From Candidatus Hydrogenedentota bacterium (GTDB lineage Bacteria; Hydrogenedentota; Hydrogenedentia; Hydrogenedentales; SLHB01), in assembly GCA_963745075.1 (NCBI GenBank), contig CAVUWV010000036.1, positions 64,001-128,000 of the forward strand: a stretch of DNA of 64,000 nt, given 5' to 3'. The notes under the pieces are model-generated. The model was not told where the DNA came from. It did no database searches and saw nothing but the letters and a program-made list of their open reading frames with translations. Positions 18,464-29,065 of the stretch are shown piece after piece. The translations under genes were made by a program, and so were the position numbers. Position 1 is the stretch's first letter, and each line of letters opens with the position of its first letter.

Positions 18464-20732
18464 GACGGCGCGACACGATGCTTTCGCGGCTGCCGGCATT
18501 GTTGCGCTCGGTCTCGCCGTCTTTATCGATGTATTCATGCACGGTGGCGATACCGTTGCCGGGTTCGCCTCGTCGGACGTGCTCGACTACTTCGGCCCCG
18601 TGCGCGGGTTCGCGTTCGGCGAAATCGCCCGCGGCAATTTTCCCCTGTGGGACCCGCACATCTTTGCCGGCAAACCGTGCTTCGGCGCCTTTCAAGCCGG
18701 GCTTCTCTACCCCCTGAACGCAATCTACCTCGTCCTGCCACTGGCAATGGCCGTAAACGCCGATCTCTGGCTTCACGTGACGCTGTTCGGACTCGCCATG
18801 TATGCGTGGGCGCGCAATGCCCTCTCGCCCCTTCCGGCGTTTTACGCCGCGATCGTCGCCATGTTCGGGCCGTACTTCCTCCACGTCATGTGCGGGCACC
18901 TGCCGATGCTCGCCTGTCTGGCGTGGACGCCGCTCCTCTTTCTCGCCTACGACCGGTTGCGGGCGGGCGGGGGATTAGGCTGGGTACTGGTCGGCACCGG
19001 CAGCGCGGCAATGCAGGCGCTGGCCGGCTGGCCCCAAGGCATCTTCATGACTACCGTCGTGTTCGGCCTGTACTGGGCGCTGACCGTCCCCTCCGCAACG
19101 CATCGCCTCCGCGTCACCGGACTAGTCATCATCATCGCGGTGTCCGCTGCCCTGATGGGCGCCGCACAACTGTGGACCGGCATAGAAACCAGCGCCGAAA
19201 GCGTGCGTGGGTCCGGGTTGCCCTACGGCTTTGTGATGAGCTTCAGCCTGCCGCGCGAAAACCTCCTCACCTTCTTGGCCCCCGGTGTCTTCGGCGACGA
19301 CCACCATGTCCCCTACTTCGCGTGGAACCACTTCTGGGAGGCCTGCGCATTCGTGGGGATTGCCACGCTAGTCCTGGCGGCCTTCGGTACCCTCACCGCG
19401 CCGTGGTCGCGAAAATACGTGTTGCTTGCCATGGCGTTCGTGCTGCTCGTGTTGACGCTGGGCGCGTATACTCCGCTCTTTCGCATCCTCTACACCTGGG
19501 CACCCGGATTCGACCGCTTGCGCGCCATGGGCCGGTTTGCCATCTTCTTCTCCATGTTCGCCGCCTTGCTCGCGGGCGAAGGCATCCGAATGCTCCTCAC
19601 TGGGCGTCGCGACCACCTCGGCCCGATCGCGGGCGGTCTCCTCCTACTGGCTGCGGCGCTCGCCTTTGCCGGCCTCGTGACCGCCGCGCCACTGATGTCC
19701 GGCGCGCCTGTCCCCGCATGGATCGGCGCCATGCGGCAGTCCTTTATCGACACCTGGCCCTCCCGTTTTCCGGAGATGCGCGCGCAGGTGGCGTATTCCG
19801 CCTACGCGTTGGAAATCGCCGCGATGACCTGCGTCGTTCTATCCGTCCTTTGCCTGATCGCAAAGAAACGCGCGTGGGCGATTAGCGTGTTGATCGCGTT
19901 TGGCGTCATGGAGATCGGGGTCTTCGCGCGAACACACCGGGGAATGGCACATCTGAACGACACGGCCGCCGCGACGGTTGCGCAAATCTACGCCAGAGAT
20001 CCCGGCGACTATCGCGTCCTCATGCGCGCGGACTACGACGCCCCCATAACCGCCGGCGGGTACGGCGTCTGGGGGTACGATGCGCTCATCCCCGATCGGT
20101 ACGCCCAGTTCTTTGGCCATAGTCTGGGACTCGAAGAACGTGTTGTCGACACGGTCGTGCCCCGCCTTCGGTACCGCCCCATGCACCGAATCGTACGATG
20201 TAAATATGTGGTACCAAACCCGAAATCCAACAAGCCCCCACACGAAGTGCCCGACCCCATGCCCCATTACTTCGTCGTGCACGAGTACCACGTCGCTACA
20301 GGCCAGGAGTCCGTCTTCGCGGCCATGGACCAGGAGACCTTCGACCCGGAACGGACGGTCATACTCGAACAAGAACCCGAACCAAAACCCCAATCCGCTC
20401 CCGGCGAAGACTCCATTCGCATCATAGCCGGCGACACGGATCACACGGTCCTCGAAGCGGTTCTGGCAAGCCCGGGCATTCTCGTCGTCACCGACAGCTA
20501 CGCGAAAAGCTGGCGGGTGCGCCCTGCCGGCGTCGACCCTCCCCAGGAACGGTACGACCTGTTGCCCGCGAATTACGCGCTTCGTGCCGTACCGCTTGCC
20601 GCCGGCGATCATCGCATCGTAATGGAATATGCACCACCCGGTTACGTCTACGGGCGGTGGATCACGCTCGCCGCATGGATTGGATTCGGCCTGGCCTGCA
20701 CGTCTTGGCTGCTTCGTTATAAAGCGTTCTAA
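18456..20732 (+). CDS. YfhO-family (GT-C-like) polytopic membrane protein; probable CTG start at 18456
   Basis: PLWDPHIFAGKP..FQAGLLYP N-terminal motif, many TM helices and a C-terminal PANYALRAVPL..GDH motif. The first TM helix lies upstream of the first ATG (18537). Confidence 0.8.
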   Translation: MSKTARHDAFAAAGIVALGLAVFIDVFMHGGDTVAGFASSDVLDYFGPVRGFAFGEIARGNFPLWDPHIFAGKPCFGAFQAGLLYPLNAIYLVLPLAMAVNADLWLHVTLFGLAMYAWARNALSPLPAFYAAIVAMFGPYFLHVMCGHLPMLACLAWTPLLFLAYDRLRAGGGLGWVLVGTGSAAMQALAGWPQGIFMTTVVFGLYWALTVPSATHRLRVTGLVIIIAVSAALMGAAQLWTGIETSAESVRGSGLPYGFVMSFSLPRENLLTFLAPGVFGDDHHVPYFAWNHFWEACAFVGIATLVLAAFGTLTAPWSRKYVLLAMAFVLLVLTLGAYTPLFRILYTWAPGFDRLRAMGRFAIFFSMFAALLAGEGIRMLLTGRRDHLGPIAGGLLLLAAALAFAGLVTAAPLMSGAPVPAWIGAMRQSFIDTWPSRFPEMRAQVAYSAYALEIAAMTCVVLSVLCLIAKKRAWAISVLIAFGVMEIGVFARTHRGMAHLNDTAAATVAQIYARDPGDYRVLMRADYDAPITAGGYGVWGYDALIPDRYAQFFGHSLGLEERVVDTVVPRLRYRPMHRIVRCKYVVPNPKSNKPPHEVPDPMPHYFVVHEYHVATGQESVFAAMDQETFDPERTVILEQEPEPKPQSAPGEDSIRIIAGDTDHTVLEAVLASPGILVVTDSYAKSWRVRPAGVDPPQERYDLLPANYALRAVPLAAGDHRIVMEYAPPGYVYGRWITLAAWIGFGLACTSWLLRYKAF

Positions 20733-21135
20733 GGCTTCTCGTAGCCGCCGCCGTCCTTTCGTACTCGGATCCGGTAACCCGAAGAGAATGCAATTCGCTT
20801 TGCCCTGCACACCATTTCTCGACCGTGTCAGAACGTCTGCTCTTGTCGAGTACGCGTAGGTAGTACGAGACCGAGTGCGGTTGAAGGGAGATAAAAGAAG
20901 TTAGAATGCTCCCGCTACGACCGATTTACCACCACCCAACCCGCCAATACCGCGGAACTCGGCGATTTCCGGGAAGTCCAGGATGCAAAGGGGTGTTAAC
21001 ATTAGGTATGATACGGTAGAATGGCTGCGCGAAGCGGCCAATTTGGCACAGCCAAGGCACAAACGAAGCCGAGGACTTCTTCCCCCCATGCGGGATGGTG
21101 GGCCCGCTCCCTAAAGACGGGCACACGAGGTAGTT

Positions 21136-24006
21136 ATGGATTCCAGCGGGAGTTCAACGCCCGAAGCAGGCAACGAACCCAATAGCCTGAGCCTTACCTT
21201 TATCGAGGGCCTGTACGAAGATTATCTCCGCGACCCCGCGCTGGTTCCGGATGAGTGGCGGACCTACTTTCGATCTCAGAACGGCGGCAATGCGACCGTT
21301 TCCAAGGCCGCTCCCGCCGCCGTGCTCGCCCCCACACCCCCGCGTCCTCACCGCGTCGTGCGTTCCCGGAAGAAGCGAACGCAAATCTGCAGCGTGTGCG
21401 GGCGCGAACGCGAGATCGGGTCCCTCCAACATCGCGTGGACATGCTAATCCGCAATTACCGCGTGTTAGGGCACAAGATCGCGCGCATCGATCCCCTGGG
21501 GATGCCGCGGCCCCGTAAACCGGAGTTGGACCCGGCCTATCACGGATTTGGCCCGGATGATATGGACCTCGAATTCGACGCGGACGCCCTGTCCACCACG
21601 GGCATCCTGCCGCTCCGCCAGATCATCCAACGGCTTCGCGCCACCTACTGCCGGTCCATCGGCGTGCAGTTCATGCACATCGAGGATTTATCCATCCGCG
21701 AGTGGTTGTACGACCGCATGGAGGGGTCCTGCAACCGCATTTCGCTGACCCGCGAACAGCAATTGCGCATTCTCACGCGGCTCACCGACGCGGTCATTTT
21801 CGAAGAGTTCATCCAGAAGAAATTCATTGGCGCAAAGAGCTTTTCACTCGAAGGGGCGGAAAGCGTCATCCCGCTGCTGGACCTGGCCATCGAAAAAGCC
21901 GGCGAACAAGACATCGACGAAATCGTCATCGGGATGGCCCATCGCGGCCGCTTGAATGTGCTGGCCAACATCATGGGCAAGAGCCCGAGCCTCATCTTCC
22001 GCGAGTTTGAAGACAAGGACGGCGAAATCAACCAGGGCCGGGGCGACGTGAAGTACCACCTCGGGTATCACACCGAGTGGATGACCCACAGCGGCCACAA
22101 GGTCCACATCGCCTTGGCGTTCAATCCCAGCCACCTCGAGTTCGTGAACCCCGTCGTGTTGGGCCGCGTACGTGCCCAGCAGGACCGCATCGGCGACCGG
22201 GAACGGGCGCGCGGCATGGCCCTGTTGATTCACGGCGACGCCGCCTTTGCCGGCGAGGGGATCGTGCAGGAGACCCTGAACCTGAGCGAGTTGGAAGCCT
22301 ACTCGACGGGCGGCACATTGCACGTCGTCATCAACAACCAGATCGGGTTTACCACCACGCCCGCCGAGTCACGCTCCAGTGTGTACGCAACGGACGTCGC
22401 AAAGATGCTGCAAAGCCCCGTCCTCCACGTGAACGGCGAGGATCCCGAAGCGGTGGCGCAGGCTGTCAATCTGGCGATGGAATTCCGGCGGTCCTTCCGG
22501 CGCGACGTGGTGATCGACATGTACTGCTATCGCCGGCGCGGCCACAACGAAGGCGATGAGCCGGCGTTCACGCAACCTGTGTTGTATCGAGCCATCGAGA
22601 AGCGCAAGCCGGTGCGCGAAGCCTACCTGGAACACCTGTTGACCTTGGGTGGCGTCACGCGCGCGGAAGCCGAAGAAATCGCCGTGCGGCGCCGCGAGAT
22701 TCTCGAAGAAGAACTGGCCGTGGCGCGTCGCGAGGACGGGCCGCGTCCGCCGAGCGCGTTGCGCGGAATCTGGGCCAACTACAAAGGCGGCGCCGACCGC
22801 GAAGTCCCCGACGTGGATACGGGCATCGACAAGGCGCGTCTTTCCGCGCTGCTCGAATCCACCACGCGCTACCCTGAAAACTTCCATCCGAACCCGAAGC
22901 TCGTTCGGCAACTGGACCATCGCAAAAAGATGGCCGCGGGCGAGGCCCCGCTGGACTGGGCCGCTGCCGAAGCCTTGGCATTGGGTACCCTGGCGACGGA
23001 AGGCGCGCGTATCCGACTCACGGGGCAGGACAGCGAGCGCGGCACGTTCAGTCATCGTCACGCAGTACTGCATGATGTCGAGTCCGGTCAGGGATATATG
23101 CCTTTGCGGCACCTGTCCAAGGATCAAGCGCCCGTCGAGATCTATAACAGCCCTCTGGCCGAGGCGAGCGTCCTCGGGTTCGAGTATGGATACAGCATTG
23201 CGTATCCCGACGGTCTGATCATGTGGGAGGCCCAGTTCGGCGACTTTGTGAACGCAGCCCAAGTGATCATCGATCAGTTCATCTCCAGCGCCGAAGATAA
23301 GTGGCGCAGCCTGTCCGGACTCACCATGCTGCTCCCCCACGGCTTCGAGGGCATGGGTCCGGAACATTCCAGCGCGCGTATCGAACGTTTCTTCTCATTG
23401 ACCGCGGAAGACAACTTCCAGGTCTGCATCCCGTCCACCCCCGCGCAGTTGTTCCATTGCCTGCGCCGGCAGGTGGTTCGACCCTGGCGCAAACCGCTCG
23501 TCGTGTTGACCCCGAAAAGCTTGCTGCGCCATCCAAAGTGCGTATCGACCCTGGATGAACTCGCGGAAGGCGGGTTCCGCCGCGTGTTGCCGGACGCCAA
23601 CGGCATCTGTGGCGACGTGGAACGCGTCCTTCTGTGCAGCGGCAAAATCTACTACGATTTGGTGGAGGAGCGCGAGCGCCTCGACCGGGACGACGTGGCC
23701 ATCCTGCGCGTCGAACAAATGTACCCGCTGCAGCCGGAAGACTTGCAGGCCGCCCTCGAACCGTATCCCGACAACACGCCGGTCTTCTGGGTCCAGGAAG
23801 AACCGGAGAACATGGGCGCCTGGCGCCGGATGCGCGGCAAGTTTGGCTATATCTTGCTGGGCCGGCTTCCGTTCTACGGCGTATACCGGCCCGCGTCGGC
23901 GAGTCCCGCAACAGGATCATCCGCCAGCCATAAGATCGAGCAACGGGCGCTGTTGGACGAGGCTTTCGGAGAACCAGTCGGTTTCTCCTCGAAGTACGAC
24001 TCCTGA
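21136..24006 (+). CDS. sucA: 2-oxoglutarate dehydrogenase E1 component
   Basis: [42 protein letters not shown] and GPEHSSAR. Confidence 0.98.
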   Translation: MDSSGSSTPEAGNEPNSLSLTFIEGLYEDYLRDPALVPDEWRTYFRSQNGGNATVSKAAPAAVLAPTPPRPHRVVRSRKKRTQICSVCGREREIGSLQHRVDMLIRNYRVLGHKIARIDPLGMPRPRKPELDPAYHGFGPDDMDLEFDADALSTTGILPLRQIIQRLRATYCRSIGVQFMHIEDLSIREWLYDRMEGSCNRISLTREQQLRILTRLTDAVIFEEFIQKKFIGAKSFSLEGAESVIPLLDLAIEKAGEQDIDEIVIGMAHRGRLNVLANIMGKSPSLIFREFEDKDGEINQGRGDVKYHLGYHTEWMTHSGHKVHIALAFNPSHLEFVNPVVLGRVRAQQDRIGDRERARGMALLIHGDAAFAGEGIVQETLNLSELEAYSTGGTLHVVINNQIGFTTTPAESRSSVYATDVAKMLQSPVLHVNGEDPEAVAQAVNLAMEFRRSFRRDVVIDMYCYRRRGHNEGDEPAFTQPVLYRAIEKRKPVREAYLEHLLTLGGVTRAEAEEIAVRRREILEEELAVARREDGPRPPSALRGIWANYKGGADREVPDVDTGIDKARLSALLESTTRYPENFHPNPKLVRQLDHRKKMAAGEAPLDWAAAEALALGTLATEGARIRLTGQDSERGTFSHRHAVLHDVESGQGYMPLRHLSKDQAPVEIYNSPLAEASVLGFEYGYSIAYPDGLIMWEAQFGDFVNAAQVIIDQFISSAEDKWRSLSGLTMLLPHGFEGMGPEHSSARIERFFSLTAEDNFQVCIPSTPAQLFHCLRRQVVRPWRKPLVVLTPKSLLRHPKCVSTLDELAEGGFRRVLPDANGICGDVERVLLCSGKIYYDLVEERERLDRDDVAILRVEQMYPLQPEDLQAALEPYPDNTPVFWVQEEPENMGAWRRMRGKFGYILLGRLPFYGVYRPASASPATGSSASHKIEQRALLDEAFGEPVGFSSKYDS

Positions 24007-24106
24007 TTTCTGGCGATGCAAGTACCGGCGTTTCGAAAAGCAACTATGCGGACGGTCCACGCGGCCCGTGGCCCCGTCCTCAATCGACTCAGGGAGACCA
24101 GACGGA

Positions 24107-25471
24107 ATGGCCGTTGAACTGAAAGTCCCCACGGTAGGCGAATCCATCACGGAAGTGCATATCGGCCCGTGGAAGAAAGGGTCCGGCGACTGGGTCGACC
24201 GGGACGAAGCCGTGGTCGAACTGGAATCGGACAAGGCGACCGTCGAGCTACCCGCGCCCATCGCCGGCACGATCACCGAGATCCTGAAAAAGGAAGGGGA
24301 CATGGCCGGCGTCGGCGAAGTCATCGGCTACATGGAAGAGTCCGCCAAGCCCTCCGACGGCAAACCTGCGAAGAAATCCGAACCCAAGAAAGAAGAAACG
24401 CCGGCAGAGCAACAAAAGGTCGAGAGTAGGGAAGAAGCTGAGACGGAACATAAGGAGGAGAAGCCCGCCGAAAAGAAGGCTACCCCGCCGCCCCCTGCGG
24501 AATCGAGAGACGAAACCGGGCGGAAAGCCGCTGACGAGGAAGAACCCGATACCGCCAAAGACGGGTCCCGGGTGGCGCCGGCGGCACGCCGACTTATGGC
24601 GGAACATGAATTGTCCGCCGACGACGTCGAAGGCAGTGGTCCAGGCGGGCGCATCTTGAAAGAAGACGTCATGCGGGCCGTGTCGAGAGACCGCCTGCGC
24701 GACGAACAAGAAGAAGAGGCGGCGCCCAAACCCGAAGCAGCCCCGCAACCGGCGAAGGCCCCGTCGGGGACGCGCGACGAAGAAAGCGTTCCCATGACGC
24801 CCATGCGGCGACGTATCGCCGAGCGTCTGGTCGAGGCCCAGCACACGGGCGCGCTGCTCACCACCTTCAACGAAATCGACATGGGCGACGTGATGGCGTG
24901 GCGCGAGGAGCACAAGGCCGAGTTTCAGGAGAAGCACGGCGTCAAGCTCGGCTACATGTCATTCTTCGTGAAGGCGTGCGTCGAAGCGCTCAAAGCCTAT
25001 CCCAAAGTCAACGCCGAAATCCGCCAGGAAGACATCATCTATCACCAGTACTGCGACATCGGGATCGCGGTGAGCAGCGGCAAGGGGCTGGTCGTGCCGG
25101 TCCTGCGCAACACCGAAAATATGTCTTTCGCAGATATCGAAAAGCAGATCGCCGATTTCGGCGCGCGGGCGAAGGAAAACAAGATTAAACTCGAAGAACT
25201 CGAGGGCGGCACCTTCACCATCAGCAACGGCGGCGTCTTCGGATCGCTGTTGTCGACCCCGATCGTCAACCCGCCGCAAAGCGGCATCCTCGGCTTGCAT
25301 GCCATCCAGGACCGCCCGGTGGCGATCGACGGGCAGGTGGTCATCCGCCCCATGATGTATGTGGCGCTCACCTACGATCATCGCATCGTGGACGGGCGCG
25401 AAGCGGTCACTTTTTTACGGCGCATCAAGGAATCCATCGAGAAGCCGGCGCGCCTGTTACTCGAACTCTGA
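24107..25471 (+). CDS. sucB: Dihydrolipoyllysine-residue succinyltransferase (E2)
   Basis: Lipoyl domain ELESDKAT, E3-binding [13 protein letters not shown] and catalytic TYDHRIVDG. Confidence 0.97.
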   Translation: MAVELKVPTVGESITEVHIGPWKKGSGDWVDRDEAVVELESDKATVELPAPIAGTITEILKKEGDMAGVGEVIGYMEESAKPSDGKPAKKSEPKKEETPAEQQKVESREEAETEHKEEKPAEKKATPPPPAESRDETGRKAADEEEPDTAKDGSRVAPAARRLMAEHELSADDVEGSGPGGRILKEDVMRAVSRDRLRDEQEEEAAPKPEAAPQPAKAPSGTRDEESVPMTPMRRRIAERLVEAQHTGALLTTFNEIDMGDVMAWREEHKAEFQEKHGVKLGYMSFFVKACVEALKAYPKVNAEIRQEDIIYHQYCDIGIAVSSGKGLVVPVLRNTENMSFADIEKQIADFGARAKENKIKLEELEGGTFTISNGGVFGSLLSTPIVNPPQSGILGLHAIQDRPVAIDGQVVIRPMMYVALTYDHRIVDGREAVTFLRRIKESIEKPARLLLEL

Positions 25472-25480
25472 GAGGCACGC

Positions 25481-26014
25481 ATGGTTCAGTTCGTATCAGG
25501 CCCCAGAATAGCCAGCATCGGAAGCATCATTGTCGCGACGGTGGGCATCGACCAGTCGACGAAGTTCATCGCCCACGCCACGCTGCGACACAACCACGGA
25601 TCCATCCCGATTCTCGGCCAACTCTTCGAGTTGCGCTACGCGGAAAACACCGGGGGGTTTCTGAGCCTCGGCGCGTCGCTCCCCGACGGCGCGCGGTTCT
25701 GGTTGCTGACGGTATTTACTGCGGTCGTCCTGACGGGCATCGCGTACGTCCTGCTCACGAACCGCGGACTTCCGCGACCCGACGTCGTGTCGCTCAGTCT
25801 GTTGCTGGGCGGCGGCGTGGGGAACCTCATCGACCGCGTCTTCCGCGACGGGACCGTGGTGGACTTCATGGTCATGGGAATCGGGCGGCTTCATACCGGC
25901 GTGTTCAACGTGGCGGATACGGCGGTGATGGCCGGGATCTTTTTGTTGTTTGCGAGCAAGCTGTTCGCGCCTGCCGGAGAGGAAGGAGTGGCCCATGGAA
26001 CGCAAGACTCATGA
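25481..26014 (+). CDS. lspA: Lipoprotein signal peptidase II
   Basis: DQSTK, NTGGFLS, GNLIDR, VVDF and FNVAD motifs. Confidence 0.95.
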   Translation: MVQFVSGPRIASIGSIIVATVGIDQSTKFIAHATLRHNHGSIPILGQLFELRYAENTGGFLSLGASLPDGARFWLLTVFTAVVLTGIAYVLLTNRGLPRPDVVSLSLLLGGGVGNLIDRVFRDGTVVDFMVMGIGRLHTGVFNVADTAVMAGIFLLFASKLFAPAGEEGVAHGTQDS

Positions 26015-27383
26015 CCTCGTCGTGATCGGCGCCGGCCCGGGCGGCTACGTTGCCGCCATCCGTGCCGCGCAACTCGGCATGAACGTGGCCTGTATCGAGA
26101 AGGAGAAACCCCTCGGCGGTACCTGCCTGCGCGTCGGCTGTATCCCCAGCAAGGCTCTCCTGGAATCCTCGGAACAATTCGTGGTCGCCCATCACGAGCT
26201 CAAGGGCCACGGCGTCAAGGTGAGTTCCGTCGAACTCGATCTCGCGACGATGCTGAAGCGGAAAGACGGCGTCGTTCGCACGTTGACCCAAGGCATCGCC
26301 GGGTTGTTCAAGAAGAACCAGATCACCCGTTACGAAGGTACCGGCCGCATCGCCGGACCCGGACGCATCGTTGTCGAAGGCACGGATAACGTCGAAATCG
26401 AAGCGACGCGCATCATCATCGCGACGGGTTCCAAGTCGGCGCCCTTGCCGGGTGTGGAAGTAGACGGCGACTACATCGGCACGAGCACGGAGGCGCTGTC
26501 CTACCCCGAGGTGCCGGAACATCTGGTCGTCATCGGCGCGGGCTATATCGGTCTCGAACTCGGCTCCGTGTGGCGGCGGCTCGGCGCGAAGGTAACGGTC
26601 CTCGAATATATGGACCGCATTCTTCCCGGCATGGATCGGGAACTGTCCCAGGAAGCAGAAAAGATCTTCAAGAAACAGGGCCTCACGTTCCAACTGGGAT
26701 GTAAGGTTACCGGCGCCCACGTGAAAGACGGCGTGTGCACGGTCGAGGTCGATGGCCAGGATCCCATCACCTGCGACCGCGTGCTCCTCGCGGTCGGCCG
26801 CGTGCCGAACACGGACGGCCTTGGACTGGAAACGGTCGGCATCGAATTGGAAAAGCGCGGGACGATCCCGGTGAACGAGTATTTCGCCACAACCGCCGAC
26901 AACATCTACGCTATCGGCGACGTGATTCGCGGTCCCATGCTCGCCCACAAGGCGGAAGAAGAAGGCATGGCCTGCGTGGAACACATCGCCACCGGCTACG
27001 GCGAAGTGAACTACGACGCCATCCCCGGCGTGGTCTACACCCATCCGGAGATCGCCTCGGTCGGCAAAACGGAAGAGCAACTCAAAGAGCTGGAGGTGGT
27101 TTACACGAAGGGCGTCTTTCCCTTCATCGCCAACGGCCGCGCCCGTGCCCTCGGCCAGACCGAAGGCCGCGTCAAGATCCTCGCCGACGCCTCCACCGAC
27201 CGCGTGCTCGGCGTCCACATCATCGGCCCCCGCGCCGGCGACCTCATCGCCGAAGTGACCCTCGCCATGGAATTCGGCGCCAGCAGCGAAGACATCGCCC
27301 GCACCTGCCACGCCCACCCGACCCTGGCCGAAGTCGTCAAAGAAGCCGCCCTCGCCGTCGCCAAGCGCGAGATTCATATCTAG
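25995..27383 (+). CDS. lpdA: Dihydrolipoyl dehydrogenase (E3)
   Basis: GAGPGGY, GGTCLRVGCIPSK and HAHPTLAE. Confidence 0.98.
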   Translation: MERKTHDLVVIGAGPGGYVAAIRAAQLGMNVACIEKEKPLGGTCLRVGCIPSKALLESSEQFVVAHHELKGHGVKVSSVELDLATMLKRKDGVVRTLTQGIAGLFKKNQITRYEGTGRIAGPGRIVVEGTDNVEIEATRIIIATGSKSAPLPGVEVDGDYIGTSTEALSYPEVPEHLVVIGAGYIGLELGSVWRRLGAKVTVLEYMDRILPGMDRELSQEAEKIFKKQGLTFQLGCKVTGAHVKDGVCTVEVDGQDPITCDRVLLAVGRVPNTDGLGLETVGIELEKRGTIPVNEYFATTADNIYAIGDVIRGPMLAHKAEEEGMACVEHIATGYGEVNYDAIPGVVYTHPEIASVGKTEEQLKELEVVYTKGVFPFIANGRARALGQTEGRVKILADASTDRVLGVHIIGPRAGDLIAEVTLAMEFGASSEDIARTCHAHPTLAEVVKEAALAVAKREIHI

Positions 27384-27395
27384 TTCATTCCAGAT

Positions 27396-28385
27396 CTAAG
27401 CGCTCCGCGGCAGCCTCCGGTTTCTTGCGGCCTGGATTTGCCGGACAAGGTCACCGAAGGTACGGGTGCGCGAATTCTTCCAGCAGTTGGCTCTTTGCAC
27501 AAGCCGGCGGCAGAGGGACCACAGCAACCCCGCGAACGTCAACGCGAAAAAGAAAAACACCAAGAACATCCCTGTGGAAAGAATGTCCCGCAAAGTCTGA
27601 AGCCAAGTCCAAACACCGGAATCAGGGAACTGGAAACCGTAGAAAACGGAACCGGCGACCAGCCAGAGGGCGCACAGGAGGGCCGCAATCAGCCCTGACC
27701 ACAAGGCGGGTAGCGCCGTTCCCCGGACTTCCGGCCCGAGGAACCCTTCTCTGTCGAAGCGCTGGCGGACATAATGGTCCAGGGTCGTCACCCCGCGACG
27801 GGACAAGACATCGTGGAGCTTGATCGAAGGACGCACCGCTCTTCGCAACAGTCCCGGCGAAGACGATACGACGCTGTTCCGCAGGTCGAGGAATATTGCC
27901 AGACTGGGGCAAGGTCGATTCTCCGGGGCGCCAGGCCCGACCAAAGGCAGGGCCTGTTCGGTCCGTGTTCGCTCGAGCAGCGTATCGACAACTTCGCCAA
28001 ACGTTTTGTCAAGCAGGCCCAGAGCTCCTTCGTCCACATCCCACCCGAGAAGAGATTCTGTTGCCATGAGGATCGTGTTCAATTCGAAGTCATCTTCTCC
28101 GTTCGGCAAGGCGAATGTCACCAAGCCAAACGGGTCTTCAGGGATGAAGTGCGCGTTCGGCCACGGGATGGTGTTCGCGATGATCCTGCTGATGGCGGCG
28201 GCAAAGCGCTGCCGATCCCTGTCGGGACCCCACACGTCGGGCGGGATAGAGTCCCTTGCGTTAAGCTGGGCCACCAGGCTTTTGCCTTGCTTCACTCCGC
28301 ACCCGCCATTGAGGAATTCCCATAGCCAACTTTTCCGCTTCGGCTCTTCCGGCGGCAGATGAAGCGGTCTGTAACCTGGTGTCAC
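27396..28385 (-). CDS. Hypothetical membrane protein
   Basis: Long ORF with two C-terminal TM helices; GTG start re-called just downstream of the YgiT-type gene. Confidence 0.55.
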   Translation of the reverse strand: MTPGYRPLHLPPEEPKRKSWLWEFLNGGCGVKQGKSLVAQLNARDSIPPDVWGPDRDRQRFAAAISRIIANTIPWPNAHFIPEDPFGLVTFALPNGEDDFELNTILMATESLLGWDVDEGALGLLDKTFGEVVDTLLERTRTEQALPLVGPGAPENRPCPSLAIFLDLRNSVVSSSPGLLRRAVRPSIKLHDVLSRRGVTTLDHYVRQRFDREGFLGPEVRGTALPALWSGLIAALLCALWLVAGSVFYGFQFPDSGVWTWLQTLRDILSTGMFLVFFFFALTFAGLLWSLCRRLVQRANCWKNSRTRTFGDLVRQIQAARNRRLPRSA

Positions 28386-28392
28386 GGCGCAC

Positions 28393-28605
28393 CTACCCCG
28401 CGGGTGCGAGCTTCTTTGCGCACCGGTCCACCGCGTGAAAAATCGCTTGCATCGCATCCACTTCCTTCTCTTCGAAGTAAGCTTCACCGCACTGCGTGCA
28501 AACCCACGCGGGGACCTCATCAAGACTGATGTGTACGCCTTTTCGATCCAAATGAAACGGGGACGTTCCACGGATCATATCCCCTTGGCAGTACATACAC
28601 TTCAT
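28393..28605 (-). CDS. YgiT/MqsA-type zinc-finger protein (putative antitoxin)
   Basis: MKCMYCQG...VPAWVCTQCGE. Confidence 0.85.
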   Translation of the reverse strand: MKCMYCQGDMIRGTSPFHLDRKGVHISLDEVPAWVCTQCGEAYFEEKEVDAMQAIFHAVDRCAKKLAPAG

Positions 28606-28919
28606 TTCTCAACCCTCGTCCGATAGTTGTTCGTCCATTGCTTCGCGTCTGGAACATACGAAGTAATAATCGCCAAGTAATCGTCTTTTGGCGAGCAAAC
28701 CACATGCAGCGGTCTTCCATCCTTTCCCTGCCCGAGCATCAAACAACTGCGACCGCGCACATCCTCTGGATAGTCCTCAACAATCTCTCCGCACTCGACA
28801 ACTCCGCGCACATCAGCGGTAGAAATCGTTCGTTCGGGCCGCGACATCTGGCGAATTGCGTGAGGCAAGAATAAGAGACGCTGGGCGGCACTCTTCTTGA
28901 CAGTTTCACGAAACTCCAA
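28602..28919 (-). CDS. DUF4258 domain protein (putative RelE-like toxin)
   Basis: HAIRQM...GEIVEDYPED.RG.SCL.LG...PLHVVC...IITSY.PD..W; ATGA overlap with the zinc-finger gene. Confidence 0.85.
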   Translation of the reverse strand: MEFRETVKKSAAQRLLFLPHAIRQMSRPERTISTADVRGVVECGEIVEDYPEDVRGRSCLMLGQGKDGRPLHVVCSPKDDYLAIITSYVPDAKQWTNNYRTRVEK

Positions 28920-29065
28920 AGTGTCTCAACTCCCAGATTCCATCACTCCAACACAATCCCGTCGAGGTATACTCCTTTGGCCGCTGCAAAACCGGAAATC
29001 TACGCATATCACAAGGCAACCATCATAGCATGTTCGGGACGCCCAGAATGAAAAGCAGCGTTTGT

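Noticed and set aside
21044..21059. Possible sigma-54 promoter upstream of sucA (TGGCACAGCCAAGGCA)
   Set aside because: The -12 element deviates (AGGC rather than TTGC); too weak without other support.
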